Assembly: GCA_027604505.1 (NCBI GenBank)
Contig: JADIIX010000126.1
Coordinates: 1-64,000, forward strand
DNA: 64,000 nucleotides
Reading direction: 5' to 3'
Source: Gonapodya sp. JEL0774
Lineage: Eukaryota
Both the position numbers and the translations under genes were made by a program. The notes under the pieces were generated by a model. The model did not search any database, was not told the DNA's origin, and saw only the letters and a list, made by a program, of their open reading frames with translations. Position 1 is the first letter of the stretch; each line of letters starts with the position of its first letter. Below, piece by piece: positions 56,090-64,000 of this stretch.

Positions 56090-58332
56090 TCACCCCAAGA
56101 GCTCCAACCCCCTTCCCTGGAACAGATGCGGGTACGCTGCAGCAGCCCACGACTCCATCTGCATGACCGCGTTCAAGCCCGCGAGGTCCATCTCGTGGGA
56201 TCCAGCCAGGACGAGTCCGGCGATCCCACTTGCGGATGCGGATGCGGATGTGGATGCGGCGGAAGACGGGTCGTGGACCATGTAAACGTCTCTGTCGGCA
56301 ATCGGGGCGCAAAAGTCGGCAGAGAGGGCAGCGTCGACGGAGGGGTGGTGGTACGAGGGGGTGGGGAAGGCCATGTGGGGTTGAGAGAGCCCGCGGGCGG
56401 ACGCGGTCATTTTGGCGAACAGGTCCAGCTCGCCGTTCATCATGAGTTCGATATCTGCAAGCGGGTAGTCCTGGCCATCCATGAAAGAAGCTTGCCCCTG
56501 CCCGAGCTGGTGATTTTGGTGGTGCTGTTGCTGGGATTGGTGGTGCAACGGAGCAGCCGTGGACGAGTAGTGATGCGCCATGAACGGCACGGATTCAGTC
56601 TGCGGGGATTGGACCAAGCTGAACGACCCAGCCGTCGGATCGCACAGACGGTTCGCCGCCGCGGCAGCAGCAAAAACCGAGTTTCGGTAGTGCTCCACGT
56701 CCACGTCGACGCCGACGCCGTAGTGGACCGCGCCAGAGGCTGCGGACACGGCGAGGGGGACGGAGATGGGGACATGAACTGGGACCGGAATTTGAACCGA
56801 CGATGCGGCCCGTTGGACCGAGAGGTCTGTCCATGCGGTGGGGGGGAAGGACGAGGCCTGGTGGTACCCGAGAGACTCTTGCCAGATGCAGGACGGGTCC
56901 GAGGTGGCTCGAGGAATGCGAGAGGGCGCCGAGGAGCGGGGTATGGGCATGGGCAACGAGTGTCGCTCGATGAGACCAGGGTGAGCGTGCTGTCGGTGGA
57001 GGTAAGGGTGTTGGTGGTGGTCGTGCCATGTGGACATGGGGTCGGTCCACGAGGCAGGACCAGGAGGGGATGTGGCGGCGGATGTGGAGGAGAATGTGCG
57101 GTGGGATGTGATGGAGATGGGGGAGCATGATGTCGGGGAGCCGAAGGCGGCTGGTGGAACCGAGGACACGGGGGACACGGCCGAGGCCGATATTGACACC
57201 GACGCCGGCACGGCCCAAAAGTGTCCGTTACCGTCGGTTTCAATGACCATCTGCGGCTCGTAGAGGTCTGCGTCAAACTCCGTGTCCAGGTGGTGCAGGT
57301 CGCTGTCGGTGTCTGGGTCCGCGACGAACACCGCCGAGGTGAGCGGAGCAGGCGCACTCGCATCAGCGACAGCGACAGCGCCAGCACCGGTACTAGCACC
57401 GGCACCGGCAGCTGTGGGAGCCTGGACACGCAAGGAAGGACGGGACGATCTTCGCTTGGAACGCATGGCGCGTTCTGGTCCATTGGATGCACGGACGACG
57501 CGTGTCTGTGTCTGAGAGTGTGCAGGGGTCTCTGATGCAGGTGAGGGAGCTGTCGTGGTAGAGGCAGATGCATCTGGACTCGTGGAGGTGGACGGACTCA
57601 TTTCCGGTGTCTCCAGATGCTCGGATTTGATCTGGGGCTCGACCGTGTTGAGTGGGAGGTCAACGGGGGGTTCCGAAGATGCAAATTCGGATTTGAGGAT
57701 GGCGGTGGAGGAGTCGGGCGAGGAGGATGAGGAGATGGTGGTTGAGGTCGTGTCAGCACGAGGACGCTTGGGCCGACCTCGACGGATTTCTGGCCGGGGG
57801 CCTTGGACATAGTGCAAGAGACGGTGTTGTCGGCAATTGTCCTGGGTGGACCCCGAACGAACACGTGAAGGAGGAGGATGTGTGGTGCCGAGTGCATAAA
57901 ACGTAGCGATGATAACCAGACGCGCCGGATCCGGTATTATCACGATTTATCGTTCATTTTCGATTCGAAAGCGTGTTTTTCGAGGTCAGCTTTGTTCCTT
58001 TGTGGTGCAGATAAATCATGGATGGCCCGTCTAACTCACCAGTCGAGAAAACCTGCTCTGGCACACTCCGATTCCGCAGGGAAATGGTCGATCCGCAGAA
58101 TGGAATGTTCTCAGATGTCGCGCCAAGTGTCCGCTGTTTCAATGGCGGACATAAAGTTTTAGAGTTTGAGAGTGCCAAGCCCGAATGTGTCACAGCCCAC
58201 ACACTAGGCCATCGCGGGGATCAGCTGAGACACGTACGCTGTCGAGAACTGCAGGCCACATCCGACATATTCGCATGCGTGCCGTCTTTCGCCTGGGCGG
58301 AAGACGGCGGGCGCCTCGAACGCGATACCCAT
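56090..58332 (-). CDS. C2H2 zinc-finger transcription factor, Nrg1-like, fingers at N-terminus
   Basis: Spliced: MGIAFEAPAVFRPGERRHACEYVGCGLQFSTA|GHLARHLRTFHSADRPFPCGIGVCQSRFSRL|DNCRQHRLLH, then RRGRPKR and a long S/P/A/H-rich region. Confidence 0.88.
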
Positions 58333-60257
58333 GAAATGGGTTTAGTGGGTCGTTCAACAAAGGGGGGGTAAGCGGTTGAAACCGGCGCCGAAATCCGGGA
58401 GCGACGGATCGGCGTTGGCAAAGGAAAAGAAGATGGAATTTCGCTGGGGAAAAGCGAAAATCCACGGCGTGTGGGAATTTGAAAATGACGATGGGAGTGC
58501 TCGGTTTGATGAAGGTGTGGCCAACCCCAATGAACAGTTCAGGGCGGGCGGGCCAGCGAGAAAAAACCTTGACCTGACCCCTGAGCTGGACGGCTCCTAA
58601 TTATTATATGACTTTTTCACGTGAATCTCTCGCTGACATGAAAACGGCATTTGGTACGATTTTGGCGACTCTGCCATCGCCGTCATCCTGGTTCGTATGC
58701 GCTCTCGGCACATCCAGTTCAGTGACATATATGTATATCAGCATTACATATACACGGGAACATCGATCGAATTCTGGATAAAGAATCGGCAGCGGGCGAG
58801 AACATTCGGGAGTGATTAATGCCAAGGAATGTTGTGCCTGATGACTCTGCGATGACTCCACGTTTGTTGTTTTGTTGTTGTGTTGTTGTGTGTGGAGTGA
58901 TCAGGTGTGGCGGGATCCTCAACCTCCAACCTCACCGGCTCATTTGCAATCTCAGCATAATATTCTGCCGTCTCCCCGCTTTCTGTCCGACAACAACCAG
59001 AGACATTTTACAATTTATTTGTCCATGGGAGCTTATTTACTCAAATCATTTCATTGGGGACGCAGTTTGATACATGTTACTTGGATTCGACGGCGCATCC
59101 AAGAAGGCTCCTAGAGTCCCACACATCCCAAGAACGCATTGCAAGTAAAGCCAGCATTTGGCTAAATGAGATTGATAGTGGGGCATTGCCACTGAGCTCG
59201 AGTCTTGTGCGAGCTATGCAGTAGTGATGTGAAGGAGCGTTCTGCGGTACCACGTGCTTTCGACGAGCAAACAATCTTACGCAAAGAGATGGGTGTGATA
59301 CCTTCATTGGGTCTTGCACGTCCACTCCTCTCCTTGAACTCGTCCCGAATCATGAGTTTCCCGATGCGGCTTGTATTCAAATGATATGAAGAATTGCACA
59401 AAAACCTTGACATGTTGACACCGACCAAGATTCTCCAGCGTGAATTGAAATTGTCAGACAGGTTTCAAGGATGCCGACCCAGCAAAAGCATCACTTGCAC
59501 GTTACAGGTGCTTCTCTCTAGTGGAATTCGTGCGTCGTTGTGATTCCGGTACGTCGCTTATCGGTGAGCTATCGTTCGCATCTTCTCTTTGGCACATTCA
59601 AAGTCATAGTTGGGTGATTCCGTTTCTGCTCAAGCGTTATTTATTTGAAACTACCGCTTGAGCTCTTGTTTTGCTGGAATCAATCAAGGGTCAGCTCAGT
59701 TCAACGCTTCCACCGCGGTGATTATGCATGTAATGTTCCCACTCGAGAACTGAAACCTGGTGAGAATACTACTTCAGTCATTGTCTGCCTCGCGATCTGA
59801 TTTTCGCCTTCGATTTGCTCTCAGTTACAGCGCCCTGCCGCCGTTCTTATAGTCATAATGATCGGAACCGGGGTGGGTGCAATTAGATTTTATGACAGAG
59901 TGCACGAGTCATCGATAAGACGAAGTGTAATATTATTGTCATCCAAAATACTTCTGCGTCCGCAAACGGAAACAACTTGGAAACGGCTACTGCGGTGTGT
60001 CGTTTCCACTTTAACGCCCCAAGTTTCTTAACTATCTGGGCAAGATCACAGGCAGTCGTGTTGTGAGGAAATATGATTTGACATATTACATGATAATAGT
60101 GTCCACACTGCACTACACACAATTGAGACCCCCTTGCGAATTATTCTAATTTATGAACAACTTTATCCGCGCAATTTTGTCACCAGGCAGTGCGTGTTCA
60201 AACACAAGCACATTACCTGCATCTGTTTGCACATCATCCTGATCTTGAGCCGGCCTT

Positions 60258-61433
60258 TTACTTGCTCAAAGACAGACCCGCACCACTAAATGTGTCGGCG
60301 CCTTCCAACTCAGCCACTCCATTATCCTCAAGACTTTCCCCTCCTCCTCCAGAACTCAAACTGTTGGTGTCAGCTTGCATGCCCTCACCCTTACTCTTGT
60401 GAACAGCGCGAGCCACCGCCATCAATTTCAAGTTCCACGCGGAATGATAAAATCGCCCGCGGTCTTTTTGCATAACCCCCACTGCCAGTCTGGTCGCCTC
60501 ATCCCGTGCAAACCGCGATTCCCCGTTCCAACCACTCCACGCAAAGCTGTCCTCTCCCAGCAGGACCCGCTCTCGAACACGACGGACATTCCTACGATGT
60601 TTCGCCTCACAGTCCTTCTCCTCTGCAAACCTCAAGGGCTTCCCGAGCATATCCGCCATTTCCTGAAGGCGGTCTGCAAAACGCCGGGTTTCCGGATCCT
60701 TTTCCAGGTACGATTTTACGGTCATTCGAAAGTACTGGATGGATATTGGCGTATTTCTCTCCGTAGCTATCATGTCCACCAGTCTGCCATTCCCTGCGAG
60801 AGCTTTGTCGAGGTCGCGAATGACTTGGAGGGCGACTTCACCTCGAGCATCCTCCGCCTCCTCATACGACCGCAACGAATCAAATCGCCAGCCACTCAGG
60901 TAGAAATGGCAAGACCAAGTTCCGTGTGAGGATTGCTGAGCAGGCGGAATCTCGATCATCCGTTCCAGCCCCATTCGAAGCGCAAGTGTCCTCAATTGAG
61001 CCAAGTGCTGCCTGTTGCCAGGCGGATCCTGCCGGCATTTCGGGGGCAATTTGGAAGCGGCCGTGCTCAATGGCCCTGCCAGGCGATTGATGGGGAGGAG
61101 AAGGTGGGTGGAATAGGAGAGATCACCCACACGTCGCCTCCACGATATAACCACTCTGTACTCACCACCGAGTGAATTCTTTGATCCCCCAGCATCAATG
61201 AGAGCTTGAGAACGACCGAAGGCACCGGGAGATCCACCGAAAATAGTGGACGGGAGTTCTTGAGCTTCCACTTGATGTGGAATGCGGGGAGGCGTCCCAA
61301 ATCCCCAATGCGACGGAATCTCGGACGGAACTACAGGAGCGGGCAATGAAAGTCGAGCCCCGTCGGATGCTCGCGCCCATTTTCCTCCAGCGCAAGAGTT
61401 GTCAGGATCTTCGGTTGGGCGGCGTTTGGACAT
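60258..61433 (-). CDS. Hypothetical protein with two divergent dsRNA-binding-domain-like segments
   Basis: Long ORF. HGTWSCHFYLSGWRFDSLRSYEEAEDARGEVALQVI and LQEMADMLG..RVLLGEDSFAWSG..RFARDEATRLAV resemble the alpha-beta-beta-beta-alpha dsRBD layout. Confidence 0.45.
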   Translation of the reverse strand: MSKRRPTEDPDNSCAGGKWARASDGARLSLPAPVVPSEIPSHWGFGTPPRIPHQVEAQELPSTIFGGSPGAFGRSQALIDAGGSKNSLGGEYRVVISWRRRVGDLSYSTHLLLPINRLAGPLSTAASKLPPKCRQDPPGNRQHLAQLRTLALRMGLERMIEIPPAQQSSHGTWSCHFYLSGWRFDSLRSYEEAEDARGEVALQVIRDLDKALAGNGRLVDMIATERNTPISIQYFRMTVKSYLEKDPETRRFADRLQEMADMLGKPLRFAEEKDCEAKHRRNVRRVRERVLLGEDSFAWSGWNGESRFARDEATRLAVGVMQKDRGRFYHSAWNLKLMAVARAVHKSKGEGMQADTNSLSSGGGGESLEDNGVAELEGADTFSGAGLSLSK

Positions 61434-62319
61434 TTGAAAGCGCAGATGCAGATTTGCAGGGATGCCGACAGTACAAGACGTGAGTTCGCAAGGAGATGCA
61501 CGGTATTGTAGATGGACTCTGAGCTCTGGAGCTCGTATTCGAACACAAGGTGTCTGGTGTTGTGGAGCTCCAGAACACCGCGAGTACGAAAACAAATTCT
61601 CCCTGAGATCAACTCAAACTCAGTCAGTGCGATATAGTACCATGTCCATTTAGTCAATTCTTTGTCACTTGAGTTCTTTATCATTCTACTTTCGCCCCAA
61701 AGGCTATGACATAAACCTATTTTTGTTCACATAAAGATGTCTACGCGATGCCGCGTTCTCGCCACCCTCCAGAAAACCAAGATCAAGAACGGTGATCAAT
61801 GTAACAGACTTCAATGTCAATGATAACCCCAGTGTCAAGTGTTGACGTATCAATGGCACCAAAAGAAGCCCGGAGATACACTGCTAAAAATGAGGATCAA
61901 TACAATCATTAGAGAAGAGATGAAAGCTCAACAAAGACCCGGGTTCCAGAACCCTCTGCGAAGTACGAACCCTGGGGGGCAACAGATGATTAAAGGCGAA
62001 TGTATGTACTCAGGTTCGGAAAGGCGAGTTTGCTGAGGATTTCGATATCACTAGATCAAAGTCACGACGGTACTGAACATGGGGCAAGAAGGGAAGTAAG
62101 CCTCAGTCAGCATCGGATCTCCACGAAAAGCTACATGACGTGCAGAAGCACGTGGAGCAGTCGACATGCGTCATTGCCAGTGGCAAATGGCCATGAGTGA
62201 ACTGCCTCTGCAAATCGCTTTGACTTGCGACGATTTCAATGACTGTGATTCAGGTGTGGTGGAGATGTTGCAGAAGTCGAAGCTTGCGGGTGAATGTTGC
62301 CAGTGGTGATTTGCCGGGT

Positions 62320-62640
62320 CCTTGATAACTCCGAGAGGCGACACATTCACGGTGGCGAATGTGCATCTACTCAGAAGATCGGAGAGATCTTGTGGTTGAA
62401 GTTGCCAGATTGGAGGTTGCTGAGTATTCGAGCGTCGGAACAACTCTGAGGGACAACACATTCACATAGGCAAATGTGGGTCACCTCGGGAGCGAAGGAG
62501 AATGGTCGCCGGTCGCGTCGTCTGATTGGGAGTTGCTGGAGCAGAAAACCTCCGAGGGACAGCAAATTCACAGTGGCAAATTTGTGTCTTCTACGGAGCG
62601 GCGGGGTGTCCGGTTGCCAGAATGTCGGCGGGTGTCGAAC
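62320..62640 (+). pseudogene. Degenerate three-copy ~110-bp repeat, probable repeat-protein gene remnant
   Basis: aactccgagaggcgacacattcac (~62327), aactctgagggacaacacattcac (~62442) and aacctccgagggacagcaaattcac (~62547). Peptides TPRGDTFTVANV / TLRDNTFT*ANV / PPRDSKFTVANL carry stops and frameshifts. Confidence 0.35.
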
Positions 62641-64000
62641 TTGGTCCAAGTGAGGATGACAATGAATTCTGGGAATACTCGAAGAAGATGTCAGTGATGC
62701 ACATTTAGTGTTAATGTACTCTTGCCCGGTAGTCGCTAAGGGCCATGTGCAGCTGCGTCGGCCATTTTGTCAGGCGAAGAGTGGATTACACTGGCTTGCT
62801 AGCTCAATTCGTTTGGTCTTGGTGCTTGGTGTTTTCTGGCTTGGGACGCCACGAAATTGTTGGTGTCGATGGATAAGATTCTGCAATGAACGCAGGGGGA
62901 CCCATTAGTGGACTGAGGAAGGAAATGCTTACGGCGGAAGTATCTTGCAAATGTCACGGATGAACATGCAAGGGCAATGCCGTCTCTCTCACACACGTGC
63001 AAGTAGGTGAAAGTCATGCAAAGTCAACGTGTTACATTCGCAAAGTTGTTTTTGAAAAGCGACGGTATCAGAACTGCTTGACGAAGCTTGCTCATTCCAG
63101 AGCGAAGCCGGCCTGCCCAGCAGCAGACAATTTTATGGTCTCTTGTGGTCCCGGCTAATGAGACTCTCTACTGAACGTAACGTACCTTGTTCTTGTTCAA
63201 TGATAGAAATGAATAATCTCGGCAGAATTAAAAGAGTCGGGGTGGTTGCCTCAATGACGGTAGAAGTTCCAAGCTTGTCTGTCGTGACGATTGCCTGCTC
63301 TGCAAGGCGTCAATAGATCGAACGCGTTGAGTTGATAGTGATCATGTGACCGCCCCTGGACCAACACCGCACTCACCCAGCATTCCGCTTGACACCGGCC
63401 TCAGCCTGCGAGAGCTGGCAGGTTGAATCCTACCGGCAGAGCCGTTGTTGCGGTTCCCCTGGTACGATGCGCTGCTCGCAACAACTGAACTCGCCCCGAA
63501 CCGAAGCAGACGCCAAAAGCGTGCAGCAACGAGCGAGAACACGAAGAAGGCGCGTTCACCATGAAGCTGGTGTACAACTCACATTACGCGCTGTCTGCGC
63601 CATCCAGACCCGTCGCGATTCCAAGTTCGCTGGAAGTTTGGAGATTGGTTGTTGGTCACGAGCCACTGGCGTTTTGACGTGCTTGCTCAGCCCCAGTGAC
63701 CCTTGAATCATTCGATTACTGTTAAGTTCCATGGAACACCTTCTTTTCGCGACAGTTTCAGAGGTGAAATTTTCGCGAATCAAACTCCATGTTAAACATC
63801 AGAATCCGACCTTTCATTATCGAGTTTCGGTGCTTCGAAGATTCGTATGGGACCACTTGAGCTCCGAGCCTGAATCCAATTGCATCCAATATTCATATTA
63901 CTTGCGAACGACTCAGGGATGACGATCAAGCGTGCCAGCGATGCAAAATGATAAAAGTAAATCAAAAGCAGTTTGTAACTTGAATGGTTATCACTGCAGA

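Noticed and set aside
55937..57130. 397-aa plus-strand ORF and other long overlapping ORFs
   Set aside because: They are antisense or alternative-frame shadows of the GC-rich zinc-finger gene, with no domain signal.

Overview
Intron-rich eukaryotic DNA with GT-AG introns and many microexons. Gene content and style suggest a fungus, probably an early-diverging (chytrid-grade) lineage; this is an inference. The first ~4.1 kb is a CpG-depleted transposon patchwork: an open Ty1/copia reverse transcriptase, a decayed gag zinc knuckle, short LTR-like units and a TIR-bounded MITE-like unit. A gene-dense stretch follows: ATP2, PUS1, ATP16, SKI8/WDR61, an Nrg1-like C2H2 factor, a microexon-split fatty-acid-hydroxylase/sterol-desaturase gene (nearly invisible in the ORF track), COG6, GRH1/GRASP with a His-rich tail, aspartate aminotransferase, PHO81/NUC-2 with Pho4-type boxes upstream, a divergent G-alpha, NDUFA6, a bacterial-type (HDAH/PA3774-like) Zn deacetylase with 9 introns, a ~9-kb gene for a giant S-x-x-x-L repeat protein, a predicted cell-surface protein of two SOD-like domains lacking every copper-binding His, a second Nrg1-like factor, and a protein with two divergent dsRBD-like segments. 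The strongest novelty candidates are the His-less tandem pseudo-SOD, the intronised bacterial-type deacetylase and the giant repeat protein. All exon models were spliced by hand and all family calls come from recognised motifs, not database searches.
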